A program made the position numbers and the translations under genes. The notes below the pieces were generated by a model. That model was not told the DNA's origin and did no database searches. It saw nothing but the letters and a program-made list of their open reading frames with translations. 64,000 bases of DNA from the NCBI RefSeq assembly GCF_964355755.1, contig NC_092678.1, positions 24,941,365 through 25,005,364 of the forward strand. Reading direction: 5' to 3'. This DNA is from Antedon mediterranea (taxonomy: Eukaryota; Animalia; Echinodermata). Below, in pieces: positions 49,801-63,837 of this stretch (position 1 is its first letter; each line of letters begins with the position of its first letter).

Positions 49801-52800
49801 TTATTTTATCTCAGGAAATTTGAAATGTACTAATGATTCATTTCTTCTTTCTCAATCCACAAGAAAAAATATTAAATTAAATTACAATATATAATCAATT
49901 CATTCATACTATAGTATCATATTATTATTTATTTGATATATCACTTATTTGCTCTTTTTTTTACAATATATTAGAAATATTTAAAATAGTCAAGTGTTTA
50001 ATTTTCCACCTTTTTTGTTGATTGATATTTTTCACATTTTTGGTTTTTCTTTCACAGTGATCCATGTGCATTTCCGTTCACGTTGGAGCAATACTTAAAT
50101 CGACAACGTTACATGCTCCATGGCTTTGAGGAACGAAATTTTAAACACACTCCAAAGGTAGGTTTTAAAATCTATTGCGAGGAGTTGTTTTTATACCGAA
50201 ATTAAAGTCAATTACATATTCCCTTAGGCTTGCCTAATTCAGAATGTTTTTTTTTTAATTGTATGCAATTGAATGCGATCAAATAATTGAAAATTTTCGT
50301 GTACAGATTGTGTCTGTAGTCTGTCAAAGATTATTAGAATTGGCAGCTTCCATCGAGCCGGAAACTTCGCCAAATCAAAGTGTAGCCAGCCTGGACATAA
50401 AGCAACTACATCCCAAGGCATTTAATGAGACCAGAGAAGGCTTAATACAAACAGAAGAGAACACTGCACAGACCGGAAGAACACAAGATGATGTGGATAG
50501 CTTGAAAATGTACAAGAAGCTACCACCATTAAAAAGACTTCAAAGTAAATCATCCAGTATGGAGCTACTGGAGAGGTCTGCCAATGGCGGAAAAAGAGAA
50601 GAATCTGATGATGACATCAAAACCTCTTCATACAGTATGTCGCCGCACCAGAGTATACAACGACAAAAAACATCGTCACCAACAGCGATGTCACGATCTC
50701 TTGCAATGCGCCACATCAAGTTCAGTAGGAGTCAGTATATTCTGAGTAATGCACATAATCTTGAGGATGATAGCTCTGTTGATGACGTGTTTATAGTGTC
50801 TAAGGCGTTTGCATTTGATATTGATGTTGATTTAAAAGATGGCGATACAGACAAGAGAGGTGTTGTTGAGGTATGTATGTTTAATATATAAAGTAAAAAA
50901 TTGGCCCAAAAAATGAACTTCAATTAGAGTATTAAGAACCAAAATATATGTATTTTAGTTATGGAATCCTTGTACTATACTAGTTCCAGATTTGAATCCA
51001 TGGTTTTGGATTGGAAGGATGTTGGCTAAACCAATAAGTTACATTTGCAACTGCATTCATAGCCAACCCACTTAAATATTACTTTCAAAAGGATTTCTTC
51101 AGCTTTTTTCTGTCTCGGGGGTTATGCAACCATCCTTGCGTTGTGTATTAAGTGTAAGTAAATCTTTCTAGAAGGCGGCCCCCCCCCCTCCCTAAATTAA
51201 ATTAACATCGGTATATGACGCTTATATACTGTACACATGTGTTGTGTTGAACCTGTGACCCTGTTCTAGAAAACTAACGCTGCAACTGTTGTTAAAACTG
51301 GTTGTTTTTCTATTTATACGTTTGTCTATTTTCTCATTCCGTAGGGATTGCGACAACGAGTTGAGTCACTTCAGGTAAAGACGTTTTAAAATATATTCTC
51401 TAATAAGATAATTATTTTAAGTCAGTTGGGATTTGAGGTTTTTTTAGAATACATTGTATACGGTAATAGAATTACTTTATAGTGAGAAAGTGTATTAAAG
51501 ATTGTACAATCACTAATAGCGTGTTTCCACTTCTTGTATAAAGAATTATGCTATTTGATACTAAGGGGAACATTGCAACTAACAGATTTAGATATACAGT
51601 ACAGCCCCTTTACTACACTTTCCTGTCAAATGAACCTACAATTATTCTGTAAAACTACTGTTTACTGTATTTAAATATTCTTGAATAAAAATTAGAGATA
51701 ATATTAGACAGCAGTAAAGGGCATAAACTGAATAAACTAATTGCTTGCTGTATGTAAATATCCTTGGAAAAAATAGAGGCAGTTCAATAAGGCATAAAAC
51801 GGTGGCGTCTGTATACATTTTTGTATTTTTTCAGATGAATTTAAATGCACATAACAATACATGGAACATCCTAGTAACCGAGGAGGACCCATTTGTTCTA
51901 AGTTGCTTAATGTGGTCCTGGCTCCATCATTTAAAGGTCAGTTCAGACACTTGGTATATTAAATTTCACCTTTTCACAATTCATCCATCTTACTAATTTT
52001 CACTATTTATGATGGTAAATGAGAGTTGCATTTCATTTGTTTATTTTTACAAAAGGACAGAAACACAGAAATAAATCAAGGTCAGTTACGACTAAAATAT
52101 ATAAGGGAATGCCTTGCCGGCAGCTGAGCTTTATTCTTTTCTACTCAATGTGATTCATGCGATAATGTTATTCATGTGATTCTATTGTGATCAATGTGAT
52201 TCTAATGTTACTATTGAATGTTACTATTGAATGTTACTATTGAATGTTATTTCAGGAACCTGTTATAAGCAGACAGGATGTAGACTTGCTATGTGATAAT
52301 GCAGATGAAGATCCTTGTCAATCTTTAAGTACTCTTGCCAAGGTATTTACTATATTAAATTTATTATTGATAATTGATAATCATGACCATTGATTTCTAA
52401 AACTAATAATGAAGTGGAAATCCAGAAGTATCTTAATAAAATCCATTACAAGCCACACGCCAACTTGGCATATTCATTATTGTTAGGCTGTTGAATCATA
52501 TCATATCGTATCATTACTGTATGGACACCCACTTTCAATTCTTCTGCGCAATCTTAAGCTCTGTTTACACTATCAAACTAGTTTGACAAAAATATTTGAT
52601 GTGCCCAAATATGTTAGTGATATGACATCATTGTGTCCATATATGAGCATATCACATTTTTTTGTCGCATAAAGTTTGATAGTGTAGACGGAACTAAATT
52701 CATTTAAGTATCATTACTGTGTGAACACCCACTTTCTAATTCTTTCCCAATTCCCAATCTAAAGTTTATTTTAAGAAGACCTGGTCCAAGTTCCATTACC

Positions 52801-53077
52801 ACCACATTTCATTTTTCCTCTACACACCCTTTTTTATCTTGACGTTTCTTGCTATATCCTTGTTTAGGGTTTAAAGAATACAGTGATGTGTATTGTAAAC
52901 ACAATGGTTTGCCTTCGATCAGAAGGAAATCTGGAAAAGCAAATTGTAAACCGAATTGTTTACGGACTTACTCATGTCAAAGAGCCAACACCGGATTCTC
53001 AACTTTCTAAGTTTGCGACATTCATAATTAATTTAGTAAGTGTGTTGGAGAAGAGGAGGAAAGGAGATAATAAATAA
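46804..53077 (+). CDS. PTPDC1: Protein tyrosine phosphatase domain-containing protein 1
   Basis: Exons 46804-47015, 47236-47316, 47582-47697, 48533-48633, 49006-49121, 49655-49744, 50058-50157, 50307-50870, 51345-51374, 51835-51936, 52256-52342, 52868-53077. Motifs: [41 protein letters not shown] and catalytic [11 protein letters not shown]. Confidence 0.93.
47385..47527 (-). mobile_element. SINE fragment (second copy at ~49460-49618)
   Basis: Two similar intronic copies with GGTTCAATCC B box on the minus strand. Confidence 0.55.
47794..48288. repeat. 41-bp minisatellite x12 in a PTPDC1 intron
   Basis: CATTGGTGTTGACACCCTGGTGTCTGTTAAACTCTGGGGTT. Confidence 0.95.
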
Positions 53078-54344
53078 TAAGAAGAGGGAAGAAAGAACAA
53101 ACAAATATACAAGATAAGTTTTATTTTGTATACAGCATATTTAATTAATGTTAAACAAAGCTTAGTATTATATATGTTCTTGCTCAATGGTTACGGACTT
53201 GTTTGTTTGACAACTGATTGTAAAGACCAATTTACACAGACAGGCGGTAACGATAATAAAATTGTAGGAGCTATGTTATTCCTTAAGACCATTTACACAC
53301 ATCGTTGAGTGGACCGGTAGTTTCTATTTGAGGATAGATACAAAATTCTACACGGTTTTTCAATTACTGTAAATGCTCGTCTGTGTAAATTGGCCTCAAA
53401 ATAGTTTTTATGTTAGTTATTGAATTGATTGTTTTTATGTTTATATACTTGTGTCATTTTGTGTCGTATGTTTCTAAGAGGAGGGGAGGCAGTGACGAAA
53501 TTGTGTTTATGATACTTTTTTGTTGTTTTACTATTGTTTTGTAAATGTACATATTATTTTTATGCTGATTTTAATCAAAATGAATGTTGAAATATTAAAA
53601 TCATTGATGTTTATATGTATTTTAAGTCAAATATATGCGGCGCAATATTCACACAATATAGTTTGTGAGTCTATTTCCACCTTACCCCTGTGTAATAATA
53701 CTAGTGCAATAAAATAATGTTATTTAAATCTCTCCCTAGCAAGAGATATTTTTGGAGAAATGTTATATATTGTTTGAAGGTTTGCATGGCGAAATCAATA
53801 TGCTTTGATCGTCCTCACTCCTGATCGATCAAAGCATATTGATCGAAACGTTGAGAAACTCAACAGTTCTTTTCAGAACTAGTATAGGTGGTGTACCACA
53901 AACTTTATATCAACAAATGTTATATAGTTATTTGACCCATTTTCTAAAAAAATATATAATATACGTTAACATGAACCATTGAATAATGTACAGGTTGCTA
54001 TAAAAATGTTATTGACAAAGATTAATATCTGTAGATGATAAAAAAAAGAGAATAAATGCCTTTGTGTCCTGTCCTTTTAGAATATCAAGTATATTTATTA
54101 TGTATAGCAATATATTCAATATAAATAAACCCTCTATTTTGTTGGTAGTATTAATTAAAGCTTTAGAATTACTAGAACATAAAAGCCTGGATACGCCATT
54201 CTACTTGATGCCTTATGTTTGCAGTGGACTGCTTTCTTAGCTTTATATATTATATTGTAAATGGTTAATTTGTTTAAATAAAAACGAAACATTTAAATGT
54301 GCTCTTGTGTTTTTTCTTTAATTAATTTCATCATTTTTATGATG

Positions 54345-54525
54345 CTCGTTGATGCGCGAGACGCGTACGACGACGTACGACGATGTGTGGTGCGTACGTC
54401 GACGTGCTGTGCGTACGAAGACGTGTGGTGCGTACGACGACGTATGGTGCATACGTACGTCGACGTGTCGTGCGTACGTCGACATGCGGTGCGTACGACG
54501 ACGTGTGGTGCGTACGTTGACGTGT
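54345..54525. repeat. CpG-rich short degenerate tandem repeat (GTGCGTACGACGACGT)
   Basis: Directly visible. Confidence 0.8.
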
Positions 54526-55768
54526 ATCTTAAACTGCACAACTTGTTTTAAATCTGTAATTTGTATGATTAGTCATCGATAACTTTTATTCGAAGTTCAT
54601 TCGTCGGATGATGTTTCATCTGCGCATGTGTTGATGTTTATAATTTATTTTGTATATAAATTAAGTACATCATCTTATCTATGGATTGGCATTGCAGATC
54701 TACTTCTTTGAAGTCCATACGGATACGACGTCTATTAGGACCCTGTGGGGACCAAAAGGTCAAGAATGCCAAGGTCAACAAATTACATTCTGTAACTGTT
54801 AATTTCATAATCAGGAACTAGTAACAATTGACATGTGGTCACTCCGTTGGTAGTTAAGAAATAGATCACGTGCGACAGATTTGTGAAACGAATTAGGTGT
54901 CGCCACAGCAGTAAGTCAATTGGTTTTAGTCACAATATGTTTCTGAAATGTCTACGACTTCCTATATCACATTTTTAATGTTTATGTTAACATTCTTCTA
55001 ATGAGAAATGTCGTGTCATATTATATAAAAAAATGTACTGATTAAACAAAACTATGTTCCAAAATCATTTTGTATTAAATTTTATTTAAATTATTGTGCG
55101 TTTAAAATCCGTATGGCGGCATGCTCACTATTTTTGCGCGTCTGCGTACACGGTGAAAATTCGTTGTAAAAATATGCCGATAAGATAATAGTATACAACG
55201 TGTTATGGTAGTCGTCGCGAATGACCTCGATACAGCGTGGTTATCACTAGAGACGCAGCGCAAGGAAGTACGCGCAACGCAAGTGAGTTGACCAATGATA
55301 AGCCACTGTTCGAATAATCCATCGCTTGTGATTGGTCAAATCACTTACGTTGCGTTACGTCGCTAGTGGAAACCAAGCTTACGCGCGCGGACTATTATTA
55401 CGCGTTTGCGTACGGTGACAATTCGTACGTCGTAATATGCCGCTATGATAATAGAACGTGTTATTGCTGAGTTATGATAGTCGCGAACGACCCAGACTTC
55501 CTGTGGAGATGCATAGCATCAAATGAATGCAATCCATACCGGCTTATTCACACTCGATCATTTGCCAGACTATGAATAGAGACTTCGAATCCACGTAACG
55601 TAAACACAACAGCCACAACTTCACCAAGGAGTATACGCTGCTGGTAACGGTATATTTGTTTCACTTGCTCGTATTTGTGTCGTCGACACGGTCAAATGCA
55701 AGTCACTCTGTATTTATTACAAGGATTTATACAAACGAAGGATTTTTTTACTTGCTAAACGAGCCAGA

Positions 55769-58700
55769 ATGAAGATTTTACTTTTGGGTCTCGTAATTGT
55801 TACTGTCAAAAGGTAAGTTTGCTTCTGTTATTGTTTACACATTTTTAAAAGTTTACTTAAAAGTAAATTAAGAAAGAAATGCTTAAACATTTTAGATTAC
55901 CTCTTCATGTTTTAGTAGTTGTGATTTCTTTTCGTTTTAAAGTTTATGTACCAAAAAAAAAACACCCCAGATTGATGTTACCTCCATTTAAAGTTGTTTT
56001 AAGATTTATTTTACCGTATAATATTTATGTTGGTTAATATATTTCGATATAAATCAGTAATAATGCACCATAACACTAAAACTCTAGCATTATCGCTAAC
56101 TTATATAATCTGTTTGTATCGATATCAGTATATCGATAGTTATGCGAACAATTTGAGAAATACAGTAATTGTACTATAGAAAATAAAACTATATGTTACC
56201 TCATAAAATTCGACTATTTAGAATAACTTTTTTATTTTTTTTAAACACTAGGTTCACAAAATTGGTAACAGAACCTTTCGGTATGCACAGTCCTATTGTT
56301 GAGACGACATTCCAAAAGGTTTACAATTATTTTAATGCGCTAACATGTTCAACTCTGGGTGACTTATTCGGGTAATGGAATGGATGAAAGGAATGCCAAT
56401 CGGTAACCGTGGGGGACCCATGACATAAATTCTATATCTTCGAATATTTTTCTATCTTAATATTAATACCGGTTACATTCTAATTATTTTAAACAACATA
56501 CAAAAACAACATATTAAAGTAACTATACCGCCTCATATTAGAACGGTTGATCAGCTCAACGCTTGTTAGACTGGTTCTTCGTGATTGGTCATTTACTTGT
56601 TGTGCGCGTACGTTCTTGCATTGCGGATCCAACTTTGGAAACCAATCAACGAACTACTCTCTCAATCTAATGAATTCTATATCTTTTAACTATTCTATTA
56701 GAATTAACACTTTTAGTATTTTTGGCATAGACTATTATTTGGAGTTCACTCTGGCCTAATTTTACTTAAATTGGACTTCTCGATGTCTTTAAACAAACAT
56801 TAAACTGAACCAGCCGATAAGATTTCTGTTATTCCAATATGGTACCAATAATTATATCCAATAATTGGCTACCTTCAAAAGGAAAACGAACAATTGATTG
56901 AAAGTATTCATATTGAACTAAAAATATAAATTTCCTTCATGGATCGTCTTTCTTTCAATGGAATATTCTCAACACAGAAACCAATAAATTATGTTTCTTC
57001 GTCAAACTTTAGAAGCATCGTCACACATAAACTTTGGTATAAAGGTTTTACAACTATAAACTACACCATAGCAATTAGGCCATTTGTATATTTTGATACC
57101 GTTATATCTGTATATAAGTACGAGTAATAAAACTCGCATCTCGTGTAGGCGTGATCCGGTATTCTAGTAAAGGTTGTTTCCCAGTAAAGACACAACGCAA
57201 GTACGTAGACGCAAGGCAAGCAAGTTGACCAATGAGGAGCGACTTCGAATAATCCATCTTGTGACTTGTGATTGGTCAAATCACTTGCGTTGCGCTTACA
57301 TTTTTGCGTTGCTAGTAGGAACCAAGCATTCTAGTAGCAGAAAGCACCGCATTGTTTTTATATTCAGAATTTATATTTCAAAGTCGCCATGAACTTAGAC
57401 GTGATTGTATGGTGGAATGCGATGATAGCTATATATCTGTATTAAAACCACAATGTTGGGGAAACGGGTCGAATCACCTAATGGTTGCTATTTGATGAAA
57501 TGCGATGCGAATAAGAAACGATATTTAGACCAGTATATATATTTATAAAGCCCTGTCTACACTATCAAACTTGTTTGATGTTCCCAAATATGGTAGTGAT
57601 ATGCTCAAATATGGTTGTTATGGCATCATCATGTCCATATATGGGTACATCACATGTTTGTCACAAAAAGTTTGATAGTGTAGACAGACCTTTGTTCATA
57701 CACTTTGACATATACCTCAATATAATTTTGTGTGACGTGTAGTGTATCTGGCGATGATTGTCCGTGTCTTGCAAAGGACAATTCAAGATTGACCACATAT
57801 GAATGTCCAGCGACTGGACAATGCTCTTCCGATGTCATGCAAGATTACTGTGGATGTGGTTGCCAGGTTTGCACTAAGGTAAGCCATTCTATATCCTGAC
57901 AAATGTCAATTGTCCATTGTTGTCCAGTGCTACGTGACCAGGCTTAATTAATAAAGAACCAGCGACAAGTAAGATTAACGACCAACTATCCATAAGCTCT
58001 GATGACACTATCAAGCTTTATGGGACAAAAAATATGATGTGCCCATATATGGACATGATAATGTCATATCACTACTATATTTAGGTATATAACCACCATA
58101 TTATATGGGCATATCACATTTTTGTTTTTTAAACTAGTTTGATGATGTAGACCTACTTTGTGTCCGTAGGCCTATTAATAAATATTACGAATAATTTACT
58201 ATCCGGATCAATATGATATTACTGGCCAATTGATAGACAGGCGGAAATGGCTCGCGACAATAATACATCTCAGTGGACACATGTTCAGAATCCGGTATTT
58301 AAATATATCTCACAAGTCAATGGCCGTTTATACTGTTTATTGTTTGGCGCTCCATACTTATTTAGTTAAAATATACATCCGGGTAGTAGCACACCATCTA
58401 ATAAAAAAATGATTGCGGCTATTGTACTCGTAATAGAACTTAAAATAATAATAACATTGGTATTTGCTTAAACTCACAGTTAAGTTTACACAGCTTGTTT
58501 AAGTCTTCTAAAAACACATGTGATTGGTGAAGTTTGTGCGCGCATGGCGTCAAAGTTCAAAGACTCGTAGGGACCACCAATATCTATAACAAACATTTGG
58601 TTTACCCACGGGCGATGAATGAAATTAGTAGGCACACACTGGGGTCTGAACTAACCTTTAAAGGGACTGTCAAACATTGGTCTGACCTACAACTATCTTT

Positions 58701-61700
58701 TATGGTTAGCTTACTGAGTATTTTATTTCAAATTTTCTTGTTTTTTTGGAATAGTTTTCTTTCTTTCTTTCGTTTATTTATCCACAAATATAAAGTATCA
58801 ACATTGTAACATAAATAAAACATAATATATCAAAGGTATGGGCTAAAAATAGTTAAAACTAATAAAGTTCAGCCGGTCCCTGTTAGCTTTATTTCACCTT
58901 AATGAAGTCAATATTAAATTATTAACTGCTTTAAGCTCATGTTTATAACATCTCAAGTAATAATAGACAATAATTAGTAGGCCTACTTCACGTTAGTAAA
59001 TGGTCTTAACTGTTTTGCCTAGTCTTCGGCGTTTTATCAGGACAACCATATATTTATCATATTATATTCTTATCTTTACACAATATTCTTCTAAATCATT
59101 TTACAAATTAACTATTATTTCCTGACTGAATTCTGTTTGTATTAGTAATCACAGCCTCAGGGGTACGTGTGCCTCTCTGCAAGTTAATCACGTGATGTTT
59201 CGGGGATAAGTTCTGACCAGGGATTAACAGCGTGCCAAGAAATTAAACAAATTAGTAATCTTTAGGCCTATTTGCAAATAAAAATCACACCTGGCTGGGT
59301 GGTTGCTCAATATATTATATATATCGTATAACAGTAGAATAGATTTGCTTTGAAATTAAACGAAACCGAAACGCTATTTATCAGGCCAGGCCTCACTTGT
59401 ATGTAATTATAATTCCAAGCGTTTTTGTTTTTGCTTCCATTTCAAAACCTGGGATATTATAGTATTTTACCTTTGACCTTTGGCCTTTCTACATATTTTC
59501 GAAAAGAAAGACGTAACACATCAACATTTATGCAACGCAAGTAATTTGACCAATCACAAGCAATGGATTATTCTGTCGCTTGTCATTGGTCAACTTACTT
59601 ACGTTGCGCTTACGTCCCCTTACGTTGCGTCCAGGTGAGAACCAATCCTAAGCAACTACTTCTACTTCTTAAAGATGTTTTGTCCCCCAAAACATGAAAA
59701 ATGAAGAGTTATGGAGAGAAGTTATTCACTTTTATAAATAAAACCAATAGGCCTATATCGTTAAAATTATGACTAAAATGTTCGTTTCATTTTTGTATTC
59801 CCTCTACTAGAATGTTGGCCAGTCATGTGGAGGATGGTTATCAAGATCTGGAACTTGTTCACCCGGTTTGGTTTGCGCAAACAAACGAAACAATAACCAA
59901 ATTGATCTGAAAACTAAGACAGTTGGAATCTGTATTGAAGGTATATCAATGAAGATTGCTTCCCACTTTGACGAAACGCAATGGCGTAGACGCAACGCAA
60001 GTCGAGTTAATCACAATCACAATCGACAGTTTGAATAATCTATCTTGTGATTGGTCAATCACTTATGTTGCGCTCACGTCAATGAGTTGCGTATAACAAA
60101 AACAGATTGTTGAATTAAAACTGTGACGTCGATATAATTGCGTTCGATAAATGTTTTTTTCCAAAATTAATGATCTAAAAAGTTTCTTTTTTTTTCAGAG
60201 GAAAATATGAAGAAAGCTGCCAAGAAAGGAAAATGTGGGAAAAGTATAGTTGTGAAAAAACAACCAAGTGGAGTTATTTATGACTATTTACGCGGAAATG
60301 AAAAGTCGTGCAATTACAGGTTTAAAGGACGCCGAAACCAAAGAGTTTATGCTTCTATTAAACACGTTAGTTTTATGGGAAAACAATCTAAAAAGTGCAT
60401 ACCAAGGTTTACGCTCAGAGATTTCAGCGCCAAAAATAAACAGAGTGACGTGGGGGTTATATGCACCCTCAGTGACGTCATAGATAAGGGTAGTTTTACG
60501 TCATCGAGTGCAAAAGCTCAGATAATGTACAAAGGGCCATCAAAGAAAACAGGATATGTACTCATTGAGTTTCGCTTTTTGAACGAAGGTGAAAGTGTAA
60601 CAGTAGCGCCACAAACGTCAGGTATGATGACGCTTCATTATTTATGCACGGTTCCCACGCAACGTAATGAAAGTGATTTGACCAATCACAAGCGATAGAT
60701 TATTCGATCTGTGATTGGTCAATTCGCTTGCGTTGCGTCTACGTCTTGCATTGCTTCTCTCTTGGGAACCAAGCTTAATTTATATATAGATTACACCATA
60801 CTCATCTATTTGTTTAAACTATTATTTTTGTTATTACATAATATTATGACGTATCTTGTTAGAATAAATTGAATTGAATAATGTTTTAATTTCATACAGT
60901 ATAATGTCTTTTTTTTTCTAGTTACAAGTCCACCGCCGACAGTTGAACGTGGAGGCAGGTATGACGATTTTTGTTTAGTTTCTTTAATGTCACATGATGT
61001 CCATCAATCTGATAGAGATAAGTTCTCTATTGGTGTCTGCTAAGTCTCTTATGGATAATATGGATTATATATTTACATATTACGTGCATCAAAGTCGTCT
61101 TCATTTGCCCAGTTTTTTTGCTCAACTATAATTCATTATGTAAAGCTCCGAATACACTATCGAACTAGTTTGACAAAAAAAGTGCCCAAATATAGTAGTG
61201 ATATGCCCAAATATGGTAATGATATACCCAAATAAGTCGGATCCTAATTAATGAAATCTTTATTTGTTTATATTGTTTACATTGTTTAAGTTTTCATTAA
61301 TTGAATAAATGTGATGAAATGAAATAAAATGAAAATATGGTAGTAATATGACATCATCTTGTCCACATATAAAGTTTGATAGTGAAGACAGAGCTTTTAC
61401 CTAAGAAACGAATGTAAAATTACAATTATTTTATTAAACGAAAATATTTTTGATTTATAGATGTGCAGCGGCACTGAAGGGTGGGACTTACATGTACGAG
61501 GACCCGTCATGTGACAGTGACGGTAACTTTATGCATCTTCAGTGCCAGGAATGGGGTGCTGACTTAAAAGAAGACAGGTAAGCTTGGTTGCCATTAGAGA
61601 CATAACGCAATGACGTAGACGCGCAATGCAAGCGAGTTGAACAATCACAAGCAACTGTTCGGATAATCCATCGCTTGTGATTGAGCTAAAGATCTTATAG

Positions 61701-63837
61701 CCTAAGGCTTATAACACTGTCCAAATTGAGCACGTTTGTTCATGTGTTTGTCCATTAGTAAAACTAATATAATAATAATTTTACCGCCAAGTATATCTAT
61801 TCAAAATTAGAAAAACAATATTATTATCCATTTAAAAAAAAAAAATCCGTAGAGACTTTAACCCGCTCAATATTTATTTAACCCTCCTGTTGCTGTATAG
61901 TTTGGGTTTCAAAATAAATAAATAAAATTAATTTGCATTAAAAAAAAAAATAAATAAAAAAAATACGGTATCCGTAGAGGTTCGAACCCAATCAATCTAG
62001 AGATGACAGTACTCAAAGCTGAGCATTACCCGTTGCGCCAGAAAGTACATGCCTTAACAGCTGATAATAGTCTATTTATACGTGACATTACGTAATTTAG
62101 CATTACGTCATAATATGCTTATTAACCTTGTCAAAATCAAGATTTCCGGTTAGCTCAGGCAACTGAGCGTCGTGTTAACACACGATTGTCGTGGGTTCGA
62201 TTCCCATGCCGGGCGGTGGAATAGAGTTAAAGCTATGCGAGCTACTGTGTTTGGGGTTCACAGTTAATACGTCCCCCTTTCCACCACACATCATGAGGCG
62301 GTAACATCAATGCATCTGGTGATGTGGTGGAAACGACCCCAAAAGGCTGTGGCAGGGCCTTAGTGCTGAGGCAGGGAGAGCACATTTAACATCTTTTTTT
62401 TTCCTCTCGCTTTGTACGCCACCGGTTTTGATCTCGTTTAGCGCCCTCAATCCCGCGTTATAATGTCAGAAAATGTAGAACATTTTTAAAGAGGTCAACC
62501 ACCTTCGAAGTTGGATTATTCCGCCGTCAGGCTACAGGGTGTGCATATGAGGTTTTTTAAGTAGAGTTTCTGAGTGCTGTCATGTTATATTACTTATTTT
62601 TATTTAGCTGCATTTTTGTTTTCTTAATTAGACGAATAAGTTATACGTTTTATTTTAAATAAATCAAAAACAACAAGTTAATTGTTATTTTTAGATGTAT
62701 CTGTGTTGATCCAATAGACGGAACTAAGACAGCTAATCGTCCACCGTTTTGTCGTAAGTATTTAAAAAATAGTTTGTTAAAGACATCCTTTTTTCTATTG
62801 TTCAAATTTGATTATGTTTATTGACCAATTACCGTGTAACTAAAGCTTGGTTCCCACTAGCGACACAACGCAAGACGTAACGTAAGTGATTTGACCAATC
62901 ACAAGCGATGGATTCTTCGAACAGTGGCTTGTCATTGGTCAACTCGCTTGCGTTGCGCGTACGTACTACTTGCATTCGTCGCTAGTGGGAACCAGGGCGG
63001 CCTTTTATTGAATACTGTAAACACAGATATAAATATATCTTCTTCTTTTATTCATTACAGATTCGATAGAATTGCCAACAAATCAGTAAGTAAAACACTA
63101 TTTTTCAATTTCGACAACCAAAAAAGTTCTCGTTATGGAATATAGTGAACTGTGGCAATCAATTTCTCTCAGTTCACTGTGTAATTTGCATATTTATTCA
63201 CACAGGTGTTCGGCAGAAATTGAAATGACGAAACGACGTGTGCAAGAGTCAGCCGATCCGTGGGCCCTAAATGGCATCAGTTATTTCCCGCCAAAATGTG
63301 ATTCCAAGGGTAATTACGTCTCCCTTCAATGTCGAGAGTCGTTATAGTAAGTGTTGTAGTATTTTGTATGGACTAATTTCCCTTAAGTAACTTTTTCTGC
63401 ATTTTTTACCAACATGTTCAGATTATAGGCCTACAATCATACATGTGAAGCTCCACTGATAGTGGAACACCGCTTTTACTAGAGCTTGGTTATTAACACT
63501 ATTACGTATGACAATGACGTAGGCGCAACGCAAGCAAGTTGTCCAATCACAGGTGAAGGTTTGGATAATCACGCTATGATTGGTAAAATGCTTGCGGCGC
63601 GCTTACGTCATTGCGTTGCGTCCTAGTAGAAACAAAACTTTATCGGTTATTAATATTATAACATTTTCGAAATATATTTTTTTGTACTTACTTATTATTC
63701 ACTACCAATGTACTGTAGCTGGTAATTTAGTGTTTATACCAATATAATCTAATCTAATTTGTTTGCATTTAGTCCTTTCTGTAGATGTGTGGATAAAAAG
63801 TTTGGAAATCTTACCAACACCATAGCACCCGATTGTG
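55769..63837 (+). CDS. Secreted mosaic protein: signal peptide - IGFBP N-terminal domain - CUB - thyroglobulin type-1 x>=2 (3' incomplete)
   Basis: Phase-consistent exons: 55769-55812 (MKILLLGLVIVTVK), 57743-57878 (CPC...DYCGCGCQVCTK), 59811-59940 (GQSCGG...GTCSPGLVC...GIC), 60199-60621 (CUB), 60922-60958, 61461-61577 and 62695-62753 (PSCDSDGNFMHLQC...CICVD), 63061-63085, 63206-63346 and 63773-63837 (PKCDSKGNYVSLQC...CRCVD). Confidence 0.85.
62145..62402 (+). other. tRNA-derived Pol III unit (tRNA-Ile-like head + long stem + T-run); SINE or ncRNA
   Basis: A box TAGCTCAG, B box GGTTCGATTCC, cloverleaf with a 6-nt anticodon loop, T9 at 62394. Confidence 0.5.
62843..62997. mobile_element. Harbinger-like MITE family 2 (representative)
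   Basis: Palindromic AAGCTTGGTTCCCACTAG...GACCAATCAC...GATTGGTC...CTAGTGGGAACC; copies near 20290, 36655, 37245, 55237, 56540, 57172, 59510, 59960, 60650, 61581, 63483. Confidence 0.75.

Noticed and set aside
54293-54582. Overlapping Arg/Thr-rich ORFs
   Set aside because: Products of a short CpG-rich palindromic tandem repeat.
62145-62215. Functional tRNA gene
   Set aside because: 6-nt anticodon loop and aberrant D loop; better explained as a tRNA-derived head.
63781-63790. Alternative acceptor GTAG at 63784 for the last Tg-1 exon
   Set aside because: It would create a TAA stop and lose a conserved Cys; the acceptor at 63772 keeps the frame.
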